From Sminthopsis crassicaudata (taxonomy: Eukaryota), in the NCBI RefSeq assembly GCF_048593235.1, contig NC_133619.1, forward strand, positions 500,925,644 to 500,989,643: 64,000 nucleotides of DNA, given 5' to 3'. Positions within the stretch are counted from its first letter, which is position 1; the number at the start of each line of letters is the position of its first letter. Both the position numbers and the translations under genes were made by a program. Positions 50,773 to 61,476 of this stretch are shown one piece after another. The notes below the pieces were generated by a model. The model searched no databases, was not told where the DNA came from, and saw only the letters and a list, made by a program, of their open reading frames with translations.

Positions 50773-52531
50773 CTTTGATTATCTCCTAAGGGATGTCATC
50801 TATGGTTGTGTAATACAGGAAAGTTAATTGACTTACGTAGTAATGATCATGATCTTGATTTCATTGGCTTTTGTCAGGCTGAGCTAGCTATCCATGGACA
50901 AGTTCCACGAAGTTAGCAAGTATTTAATAAGTGCTTACTTTGGGTTGCCCAATAAGTTATAAGTAGACACAAGAATCATGGAATTTGAATGAGAGAGGAA
51001 AGGTTATGATCTTTTACCATTGTATGGAGTAAGGACAAATACCTTGAAATATCAAACTTACTATACATTGACATTCCTTTTATTCTGTTCTCCAAAATCA
51101 AACAGCAATATCTATATAAGAGGCTTCTATCTTGACATTTGAAGCAGAGAACTTATAAAGAATAGATTAAAAATAGTTTGGTAAAAGTATTCCTATAAGA
51201 TGTTATCTAGATAGTGGTAATGAATACTGCCTTGGTTTTAAAGGACAGCTGCAATGGAATTCAGTAGCTTATGTAACTAGGGTTAAAGTTCTATATTTCA
51301 TTGCTTTTTATAAATAAATAGCTAGCAAAAAGAAGAAAAGGATTTCCACTCCACCCCTCCTCCCAACCCTTTGAAGGAAGTTTATCTCCTGTTAACAAGT
51401 TATTTGAATGTTTACTTTTGCCCTGAAACCTTACTACTGATATGGCAGTCCTTGCCCTTGAATTGAGTGAGAATTCAAATAAACGAAGAAATTTTTGCAC
51501 AGCTGGCCCCTTCTGCCAAATGAGTGTTACCAAAAATATTCTTATTGCTTATTAAAAAGGTCAGTTGGAGAATTTCTAAAAAGACTTGTCAGAGCTTTAA
51601 TATTTTGAGCTAAATATGAACCCACAATATAACTTTTCTAGTCTTATGTGAAGCTTTTTAAATGTAAAATGAAAGTATTGTTTTGGTGAGGATTTATAAT
51701 GTTTGTTACTTCTAGAAAATAATGTTTTAGTGAATCCTTTCTTCAATCTTCTTCATACTATTGAATTGTCCCAAGTAATATTACTTGGGGATTATATCAA
51801 ATATAATGAAGGACGAACAACAAAAACAATTAAAATATATCAAGTATATAATCCATTGTATGAACTAGGGCAGATACTAATACTCATTTATAAATCTTGA
51901 ACAACTCTAAAATGCCGAATAAGAAACTGCGATTTAAAGTATTCTGCAGCAAATACATTTTTCTTCCAACCCAGCTTTGTTGAATGCATACTGTTAATCA
52001 CAAAGGAAATGGATGAAATGAGAATGGGTAGAAAAATCACTGCCAAAACCCCTTAGATGCTTTATTAATGTGGGTCAGTGGAAATGTTATGTTACAAAAG
52101 AACAGCATTATTTTCGTTACCATTAAGGTATCAAGGATTTAATCTCATAATCTGGAATTTTGAATATACTTAATTTATTTGCCAGTCCATTTCTCCGTCA
52201 TCTAACTGTGCAACTATGACTAATTTGGGTGATAGTGAAAGTTGAATTGCTTCTTTAAGACCACTAAATATATCAGGACAAATTATTTAGGCATAAAATG
52301 GAATGTTAATAATGTGAAGAATTAGTAGAACTTTTGAAATGCCTAATTTAGTCACCGTAAATTAGTTTTTTTTTTTTTTTTTTTTTTGTAGGAGAATCTG
52401 CCTCATTAAGACTCCTGTGTATGATTCTCCATAGAATTACAAAAAAGATTAGGATTTAGGACTTTCACTTTGTTCTACTTATAGCCTAAAGATGATTAAA
52501 GATTTTTCTTTTTCTCCTTCATTTGTTTTAG

Positions 52532-52590
52532 TGTTCCAAGAACTGTTTTATTCTGGAAGTCTGTTCTATCAGCTCCTGTATTCTGGCGCT
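52532..52590 (+). other. CDON: 5' UTR part of CDON exon 2
   Basis: Polypyrimidine tract and acceptor tttgttttag| ending at 52531; continues to ATG 52591. An alternative AG ends at 52540. Confidence 0.7.
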
Positions 52591-52666
52591 ATGAATCCAG
52601 ATCTTGGATCATTACAGATATTGTTATATGTTCCTTTTATGATCCTGTGTTCGTCTGTAAAATCAG
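52591..52666 (+). CDS. CDON: CDON first coding exon (exon 2), signal peptide MNPDLGSLQILLYVPFMILCSSVKS
   Basis: Matches the recalled human CDON N-terminus ([25 protein letters not shown]); 76 nt, phase-1 donor CAG|GTAAGC. Confidence 0.93.
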
Positions 52667-53051
52667 GTAAGCCTTTTAGAAATGGTATTAGGTTTCATAG
52701 TTCCTTCCTCCCTCCCCTTCTCCTTTCCTCCTTCCCCCTCTCCTTTCCTCCTTTCTTTTCTCTTTCCCTTCTTCTGGCTACATAAGGTGTTATACACATA
52801 CCTCTAGATCTCTTTAAAGCATTTTTATTCTCTTTTTCATTTCTGAATCCTCCCAAGATATCTTGGGGTTTGCTGACTAGATTTCTTTCTTAAGGAGCAG
52901 GCTTTAAACCAAAACCAATCTGATTCTAATTGGCCTCCAATAGGTCCTTGGCCAAGCTCCATTTGGTCATTATTTGGATCTTGATTGACTCAGATTGAAT
53001 GTATTTACACTCATTGCTATTTAGCAATCGTTTCTGCTTTGGCCAGACTAA

Positions 53052-53218
53052 NNNNNNNNNNNNNNNNNNNNNNNNNNNNNNNNNNNNNNNNNNNNNNNNN
53101 NNNNNNNNNNNNNNNNNNNNNNNNNNNNNNNNNNNNNNNNNNNNNNNNNNNNNNNNNNNNNNNNNNNNNNNNNNNNNNNNNNNNNNNNNNNNNNNNNNNN
53201 NNNNNNNNNNNNNNNNNN
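53052..53218. other. Assembly gap (N)
   Basis: N run. Confidence 1.
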
Positions 53219-53320
53219 GATTCTTTGCCTCATTTGGCACACAATTTTTAATCACTGAATGGGTATGGCCTCATCAAGCTGAGACTCGTTGAAGACCTTA
53301 GCTTAAAAAGGCCAAGGTCT

Positions 53321-53461
53321 CAGGCAGCTAGGTGGTGCAGTGGTAGAACCCTGAAGTCAGGAGGACCTGAGTTTGAATCTGGTCTCAGATACTTAACACT
53401 TCCTGGCTGTGTGACCCTGGGCAAGTCACTTAACCCCAATTTTTTTTTTTGGGGGGGGGAG
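53321..53461 (+). mobile_element. WSINE1-like SINE nested in the RTE-SINE
   Basis: ggcagctaggtggtgcagtgg...; TSD aaaggccaaggtct (53307-53320) / aaaggccaagggct (53462-53475). Confidence 0.85.
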
Positions 53462-54209
53462 AAAGGCCAAGGGCTGTGATTGCATCAAAGGCCCTCTCTA
53501 GTTTTAATCTATATCTTGCTATTGAGCCCAGATGGCTTTGGAGGGGAAAGTGAGCCAGGTGACCTTGCACAGCCTCCCTCATTTAAATCCATTTCACTTG
53601 CATGTCATAGCATCAACTCACTGAGCCATGGTCTTCTTCTAGAAGGAGGGACAAATAACAACAATTGTGCTAGTAATAAACATTGAGAAAACAATGATAA
53701 AAAGTTACCATGAATTCAGTAATGCTTTTAAATGTATTGTTTTAGAAATCACGAAGCTTCGTTATACATTTGAGAAACAGCAATAGTCTAAATTTAATTT
53801 ACTCTATCTTTCTTTGCATCTAAAAAAAGGGTTATAAAGATGTTATCAAGAACAATCAAATTAAATAGATAAAAGACAGTGCTGGCTATTGATATGAAAG
53901 AAATAAAATATAAGTTCCTCAAGGGCAGAAACTATTGTATTTTTCTATATATAAGAAAATCATTTAACTTTTCTGTTTTAGTTTTCTCCTGCGTAAAAGG
54001 GGAATAATAATAACATCTATCTCACAGAGTTTCTGTGAGGATCTTGGAAACCTTAAAGTGCTACTTAATTGGTTGATTTCTAGTTATCTCCAATATCTAC
54101 AGAATCCCTTGCCTAGTAGGCATTAAATAAATATTTAAAATGTTTAGTGAATGGAATAGAGTGTAATATCCTTAATGCCTTTTCCATTTTGGGGGGGGTT
54201 TCTTTACAG

Positions 54210-54482
54210 ATTTAGTACCTCGTTTTATTTCTGAGCCACATTCTGTTGTCCAGAAACTTGGTGAACCTGTAACACTACAATGTTCTGCTCAACCTGTGAC
54301 TGTTCACATATCATGGTTGCTTAATGGAAAAAAATTCGATAGAAGTTTGGAGCAGATTGAGATTCATCAAGGAACTTTAAATATCCTTTCTCTCAATCCA
54401 TCTCTTTCTGGGCAGTACCAATGCATTGCTAATAACAGCATTGGTGCAATTGTGAGTAAGCCTGCAACAGTGTCCATTGGAG
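54210..54482 (+). CDS. CDON: CDON exon 3, Ig domain 1 ([29 protein letters not shown]...[24 protein letters not shown])
   Basis: tttacag| acceptor and G|GTAAGT donor; 273 nt; Ig C...W...YxC signature; homologous to CDON [29 protein letters not shown]. Confidence 0.97.
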
Positions 54483-55122
54483 GTAAGTTTGATATTTCAA
54501 CTTTTGATGTATATATATAGTATATTTCTAAAATATACCAAGAAGCCTGTTAAATCAGTATTACCCATTATAGGTTGAAGTCCTGTCAAAGGTAAAACAG
54601 TAAGCAGAGCCCAATGATATAGTGGTTTTTTGAAAAGTCAATTGAATGTGAATATATTTCTTATGTGAATTTCTGGGATTAGTATTTTAAAACTTTAAAA
54701 TGCAATTTTAGGAGTTTGTTGTTTTGATACTGAATTCTGTTATTTCATAATACTCATCTTTTTTAAACATCTGATTGCTTTATTCACATAGGCCTCTTAT
54801 GCCCTGGTTACTGAATTGATTTGAATTTAAAAAAAAAAAAACTGGCTAGAGAAACAAGAAGAGGGGATTGTGAATTCTCCACAAAGAAAGGAGTGCTTAC
54901 TATTATGGATATGGTAGAAAATCTGGAGCAAGAGGTCTTCTTAGTTTGAACCATCTTCCTTTCACATAATGGTGGCTGCTAGAGAGGGTTGAACAAAAAA
55001 TCATGCTACTATCTAGATTGGGATTAGCATAAAACTAAGACTAGATGGCATATGTAATTTTTAGAATTTAAATCTTCCACAAAAATAGAAGCATCTTTCT
55101 AAATTGTTTTTTTACTCTCAAG

Positions 55123-55269
55123 GTCTTAGTGATTTTGATGCAACAGCAAAACATGTTGTTATAGCAGAGGAACAAAGTGCTGGATTCATTGGCTGCAAGA
55201 TACCAGAAAGTAATCCTTCAGTACAGGTGCGCTATAAGATCCGGGGGAAATGGCTAGAACATTCCACAG
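55123..55269 (+). CDS. CDON: CDON exon 4, Ig domain 2 N-terminal half ([32 protein letters not shown]...GKWLEHST)
   Basis: ctctcaag| acceptor and CAG|GTAAGA donor; 147 nt; in frame with neighbours. Confidence 0.96.
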
Positions 55270-55582
55270 GTAAGATCTGTTGCAAGAAGTCAATGAATAG
55301 AACTGAACATGTCCTTGGTGTCTGTATAGCTGAACATGTTTTTTGTTTTCTTAATGCATAATGGTCTATTATAATAACTCCATTATGGCTCCTTTGTTAC
55401 TGATTAGCTATTTTTTTCCCTTTAATTGTTATTGTTATATATGAGGGCATTTTCTTGATTTTTGTTCACGGCTTAAATACTGCCAATTTCCATATAAACC
55501 TATAACAATTGTCTAATAGGTTTGTAATTATGTCATAGGACAAAATAAAAAAACCTAATTATATTCTTATCCTTCCTTCCAG

Positions 55583-55726
55583 ATAACTACCTAATTCTTC
55601 CATCAGGAAATCTTCAGATTTTGAATGTATCTTCAGAGGACAAAGGCTCATATAAATGTGCAGCTTATAATCCTGTCACACATGAATTAAAAGTTGAACC
55701 CACAGGCCACAAGCTCATTGTGAGCA
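55583..55726 (+). CDS. CDON: CDON exon 5, Ig domain 2 C-terminal half ([48 protein letters not shown])
   Basis: Not in the ORF track; translated by hand. ccttccttccag| acceptor and A|GTAAGT donor; 144 nt; near-identical to recalled [37 protein letters not shown]. Confidence 0.96.
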
Positions 55727-56517
55727 GTAAGTACTTAGTTGTCTTTGGTGATACCTAAAGAGTAAATCCTTTAGTAATTACTCTCACAAAAAGTTGGTAA
55801 ATGAGTATCAATGTGAATACTATATTGCACATGGGTCAATTTTTTTCTGCTTATTTAATATGGAGCAAGTCCTTAAAATAAATGCTAGATACATGAAAAA
55901 GCTAAGGATGTTGCTAAGGTACCATCAAAGCATCTTTCTTTCTTTCTTTCTTTTTTTTTTCCTTTTTTTCAAAAATTTACATTGAATTAACCATTCCTCC
56001 TCATGAAGCACATTATGTGAATTGTATGTGGAATTTTGTATTGTGAATTGTATATGGAATTCCAAGTATGGAAGTATAGTAAAAAATTCATGATACTTAA
56101 ATATCTTTCCTCTTGCACTTTATAAATTCATTAATATCATGATATTAATTAATTAATATCACCTTAGTGACTATAAATTGTGCTTGCTAACCTGTGGCTA
56201 AATACAAATGACTAAAAGATGGTAAGTGGATTGAGAAAAAACTAATATCCATACTACAAATTGAGTGTTACATGTGGACTTTCTGGAAATTCTGTAACTT
56301 CATCCAGCAGTAATGATTGATAATTATAGAAACAATTCATTTTAGTCTTCTATTTCACATAAATGTGAGCTACAACAAAGCTTTTTAGAGAGGAAAATAA
56401 AGGAGAATAAACAAGATGTTGGAAATGCTCAAAACTTTGCTGAGAATATCAAAGAGGACATTATGTTGGAAAAGAGAACTTTTCAAATTATTTTTCCTTT
56501 TTATTGACCTCTTCTAG

Positions 56518-56805
56518 GCTCTTCATCAAAATATGTTCGAATTATTCACCCTACCTTTTCCCAGTCATTGGCAGCGATTTCTCACAATCCTGTAACTCTG
56601 GAATGTGTGGTGAGCGGGGTGCCTGCTTCCCAAGTGCAGTGGCTAAAGGATGGCCATAGTTCTCTTCTGGGAAGTAACTGGAGAAAGTTGTATTCCAACC
56701 TTGTCACTGATAGCATAGCTCCAAGTGATGCTGGAAATTATTCTTGTGTGGTGGGAAACAAGTCTGGAGAGCTCACACGTGTGACCTACACAGTTAATGT
56801 GCTTG
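56518..56805 (+). CDS. CDON: CDON exon 6, Ig domain 3 ([45 protein letters not shown]...[12 protein letters not shown]...TVNVL)
   Basis: ctcttctag| acceptor and G|GTAAGA donor; 288 nt; Ig signature. Confidence 0.97.
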
Positions 56806-57940
56806 GTAAGATATTGTGTTCAAGCTCAAATGGAAAGGGGTCATATAGGCTATTGATTTAGAAAATCACAAATTATCATTATCTGTGTTTTATTGTATTT
56901 TACTTATTTTGTTAAACATTGACCAATTACATTTTAATCTGGTTTGGATATATTCATGAGTTTTGTGGACTGCTTGCAATTATTCAATCTCAAATACTAT
57001 GATCCCATGAATTTAGTAGGAGCGATGAAGGCAAAATATTATCCCCCCTCCCCAAAAGAAAATTGTAAAATATCTCTACATAGTACCTGCAAATTTCATC
57101 TTTCATAATGCATTTGTTTGTATCTCTAATTATACAGTAGCCTTGATCCTAGCCACATTTTTACATATATCCCTTCTTTTTCTCTAGCTATCCTGAGTCT
57201 TTGTCTTTATGGCTACTTTATAGAATGTCTATTAAAAAATTATTTCTCTTCTACTTTTACTTTTCTGAAAATCCAGGAAAAAATGAAATAGGAACATCAA
57301 AATAAATCTATTTTTAAAAGTTTCTCTATGGCTATTTACTATTAGGACATGCCCTATAGAATAAGATTATATTGTCTATATCAATAAGAAATCATTTCTA
57401 AAAGCTTTACAATAATTGGGATTGACTTTTTAATCTTGGTATCCCATAAGTAATGATGTAATACTTATACTTAAAGCTAAAAATTTACTGTTTAGAACTT
57501 CTTTTGAGCACATATATTACTTTTGTTTCAGTCCTTGTTTAATGTTAGATCCAGTGAAACTACCATTCTGATGGGAGAATGACAGAGTGAGCCAACAGCC
57601 TGAAACATAAATGCTTACAGGAATACAGGGTTGCAAGTTATTTTTATGGTTTTTGTTTTTTGGCTTTTTTTTTTTTTTTGGTTTGAGAGATCTATTAAAA
57701 GAAGACTATAGTTTATTAGTAGCATATGACTTTGACCTCAACTTAATGAAGGGCTCTGTTAGAGACAAGTTATAATGCATTTAAGATTTTTTTGATGGCC
57801 ACAGCAAATGAGAAAATGTGAATAAACAATGTTTTGTAGTCTTAGCAAGTTAGTGGTATATAGAACATTTTGTGACTCATGTGATAATTTAAAAAGTGCA
57901 TTTTGAGGGCTGGTATCTAATTTGTGTATGTTATTTTCAG

Positions 57941-58210
57941 AACAAGCCTCAATTTCCAAAGGATTAAGGGACCAGACAGTTTCCTTAGGTGCCACGGTAT
58001 ATTTCACATGTACCATTCACGGGAACCCAGCTCCCAGTCTTACCTGGCTTCATAATGCAGAGCCTATACACCCTTCCTTGCGGCACCTGATAGTAGAAAA
58101 CACATTGAGAATCAGTGGCGTTGTCATGGAAGACTCAGGGTTATACCAATGTGTGGTGGATAATGGGATTGGATTTATGCAGTCTACTGGGAGACTTGAA
58201 ATTGAAACAG
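57941..58210 (+). CDS. CDON: CDON exon 7, Ig domain 4 ([32 protein letters not shown]...[24 protein letters not shown])
   Basis: ttattttcag| acceptor and CAG|GTAGGC donor; 270 nt; Ig signature. Confidence 0.97.
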
Positions 58211-58979
58211 GTAGGCTCCTAAGACCTGCCATGATAAACAAATTTTGCTTTGCAGATTCATTGTATTGTGAGAAAAGCAACCTTATCCAAACAAACCTGA
58301 TTTCTTCTAGGTTGGTTCATTATGCCAAATAGTGCAGATTGTTTTGGGGGAAAACTAGGCTATCATGGCTCATGTGACCACAAACTTGAATGCCTTTTTT
58401 GTACCTCAAATTATATGCTTTCATGTATTCATGGTAGTATGCAGAGAGCCAGTCTCTCTTTGTAAATGTATTACAGATTTGCAAAACTCAATTTAGTACT
58501 TAATTTAATGCTTTCCTTAGATTTTGTTAAAATTATATCAGTTGAGTTTTTGATAACCTCTCTTCTGTCTTTGAAGAATTGGAAGAGGGGTATATTAGTC
58601 TGGAACATTACATATATATTTGTCAGACTTGGTTGACTTGTTGGTTAACATAGCTGATCTACTTTCTCTTCCCTTTGTTATAAGAAATGGCTTGCTAGGT
58701 AGGAGAGGGAGAGGAAATTAGTCAAAAATGAAGGTAATGTAGGAATAAATGGTATTGATAAAAAATTTACAGGTTATTGATAAATAACTCAGGGTTGTTA
58801 CAAGATAACTTTAAAAATTAGATTAAAATCTTTAATATTTTTTATTTTAAGGGTATCATATAGTGATATTCCCTCTACTTATGCTGAGAACACTTTTATT
58901 TTGCTTGTTCATGAAATCTGATTTAATCTTTTTTTTTATCATTTTATATTCCTTTTGTCCTTTCAGTAGTAAGGGTACC

Positions 58980-58985
<6 letters not shown>

Positions 58986-59016
<31 letters not shown>

Positions 59017-59148
59017 AGGCAATTGGGGTTAAGTGACTTGCCCAGGGTCACACAGATAGGAAGTGTGAAGCGTCTGAGATCACATTTGAACTCAGGTCCT
59101 CCTGGCTTTAAGGCTGGTGCTCTATCCACTGCGCCACCTAGCTGCCCC
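58986..59148 (-). mobile_element. Young full-length WSINE1-like SINE in CDON intron 7
   Basis: Intact A/B boxes, long T tail, retained CpGs; TSD aagggtaccatcctt (58971-58985) / aagggtaccattctt (59149-59163). Confidence 0.92.
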
Positions 59149-60674
59149 AAGGGTACCATTCTTAAGGTATCACTAAGTAAGTCTAAATATATTTCATTTT
59201 ATCTTTTACCTTTTTTTAAAAAATCCTTTGATTTTTATAAAATTCCAGTTTTGTTTTGTTTCTGAGTTTTATGACATATAGTATATATATACTAAAGCAG
59301 GTAATGATAACATTTCAATAGGAAGATGTTTTTTTTCTTCTAGTCACAAATCAGTGTCTTCATTTCCCAGGTTATATGCTGCCATGTGTTCATGGCACTA
59401 GGCAGTTGGACAGTCTCCCTTTGTAAATATGTTTACACATTTGCAGAACCCAATTTAGCTTTTAACTTAGTGCCTCAAAGAAGTAGGTTTTTTGATTACT
59501 TCCCTCCCTTAATAAAGGTCCTAAATATGAGATTTATCTATTTAATAGGTTAAAGAAATGTAATAAGGAATTCCATTTAAAGATATATATCCATATATAT
59601 GTGTGTATATATATATATATATACACACATATATATGTTATTTTAAAACTCCTTTCTCATTTCTCTTTAACTAAAAGAAGCTAATAAAACAACAGGAGTA
59701 GATCCTTTCCTTTTTGATTCTTCAGAGTTAACTTCTGATAAAGTTATGGGGTTAAGAAACTTTATCAGAGAATGTCAGACTTAAAGAAGTTATGATTCTT
59801 TTCTACTTTATGAAAAACTCATTCTAGGTATTTCAAATACATTTCCATAGCTGAAATCATAGAGGATGTTTCATTGCGCAGGTTATTGGGGGAGCTATTA
59901 AAAAAAGAGAGAGAGAGAAGAGTCAGGAACCACATATATCATTGGATTGATGACAGAATTAAACTTTAAAGGGACTAGGCACCAGGAGAAAAATATGGGG
60001 AAAAGATCATCAATGTTAATCACTATTTCATTGTGGATTCACTCTGAAAAAGTCCTCATTGCCAGTTCAGAAGTTGAGGTAGAATTGGAGACCTGGGAGT
60101 AAAAAGAGAAATACTATAAAAGGATTTAGGAGGCAAAGTTACTTTGGAATTAAAAAAAAGAAATCTTCAAATGTTTTGTAGATTTTCATTCTTGTGTAAA
60201 GCAAAATGGTCACGTGTTTTTTGTTTGGTTTTTGCTTTTGTCTTAACACATTTTAATTTGGCCAGTTCAACTCTTATTGGTAGTTTGATTAAATTTAGAT
60301 AAAAAATATGATCATTTCTTGAGTAATCAGATTTGATTCTGTATTTCTCACAGAATATATCACATTTAATGTGTGAGATTTTTGGTGTCAGAAATACATG
60401 TTTTTATAGTCTACATTTGCAGTAGTCAAATATGTGACTAGTATGCCTGCCTGTTAGAAAACTATCACTACATTGCTATATCCATGTTTCTTTCTTTCTT
60501 TCTTTCCTTCTAATGAATAGGAAATCTACATAGAAAATGGCCAGGAACTTAACTATTAAAAAGACTTATCTTTAATGGATATTTTACTTGTGTAGGAGAT
60601 ATTACTATTAGCATTATTTTTCTGTGGGTTTTGATAGTATTCTTAAATTCTGTATGTGGATTGTATTTTAATAG

Positions 60675-61028
60675 GCAGTGGATTCAAGCCAATCATAGTA
60701 ACACCACCAACAAGCACAAAGGTGATAGGGGGTGACTTTGTCACTTTATCCTGCAATGCCACTGGGCTGCCAATTCCTGTTATTCGTTGGTATGACAGCC
60801 ATGGTTTGATAACCAGCCATCCATCACAAGTACTTCGCTCTAAATCACGAAAATCACACCTAACAAAATCTGGAGATGTCACATTAGAGCCTGTTTACTT
60901 CATCATGTCTCGAGCTGGATCAAGTTCCCTATATATTCAGGCTGTAACTCTGGCACATGCTGGGAAATATACCTGTGAAGCTACAAATGAACATGGTTCT
61001 GCATTGTCAGAGGCATTTCTTACGGTTG
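60675..61028 (+). CDS. CDON: CDON exon 8, Ig domain 5 ([44 protein letters not shown]...[22 protein letters not shown])
   Basis: ttttaatag| acceptor and G|GTGAGT donor; 354 nt. The joined CDS of exons 2-8 is 1552 nt with no stop. The gene continues past the window. Confidence 0.97.
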
Positions 61029-61289
61029 GTGAGTTGCCGTGATATTTATTTTTTATTTAGTGCCTTTTAATTTTGGAGGGGGAAGGGAAGGAAGAAGATA
61101 TTATGAGATAAGATTTATTATATATTTATTATAATAATATATTAATATAAATTATAATATATAATATAATAAATAATATATTTATTGTAAGATATTTTGT
61201 GACATGAAGATTCCATCTTTTCAGACTAAGGTGGTATCTAGATTGGTATTGCTTAGTACTTGGACCAATAGGAAATAATTTGGCTTCAA

Positions 61290-61370
61290 TCTCCCCCCCC
61301 ACTCCCTCCCTCTCTCCCTCTCTCTCCCTCCCTCCCTCTTTTTCTCTCCCTCCCTCTCTCTCCCTCTCCC
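61290..61370. repeat. (TCCC)n/(TC)n pyrimidine microsatellite
   Basis: Read directly. Confidence 0.85.
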
Positions 61371-61476
61371 CACTAAGGTCACAGGGCTAGGAAGTATTAA
61401 GTGAGGCCACATTTGAACTCAGGTCCTTCTGACTTAAGAACCAGTGTTCTATCCACTGTGCCATCTAGCAGCCCCT
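61371..61476 (-). mobile_element. WSINE1-like SINE
   Basis: aaggtcacagggctaggaagtattaag...tttgaactcaggtccttctgact...tctatccactgtgccatctagcagcccc. Confidence 0.8.

Larger units (their letters stand above)
52900..53665 (+). mobile_element. RTE-related marsupial SINE (WALLSI-like), containing a gap and a nested SINE
   Basis: gaagaccttagcttaaaaaggccaagg...gagcccagatggctttggaggggaaagtgag...ggtcttcttctagaaggagggacaaataacaac tail. Confidence 0.6.

Noticed and set aside
55305-55341. Two perfect p53-type half-sites (GAACATGTCC, GAACATGTTT) in intron 4
   Set aside because: The 17-bp spacer exceeds the canonical 0-13 bp; more simply a small local duplication of ctgaacatgt.
56016-56061. Tandem near-duplicate tgtgaattgta(t/g)tggaatt
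   Set aside because: Two copies of a ~20-mer; ordinary replication slippage.
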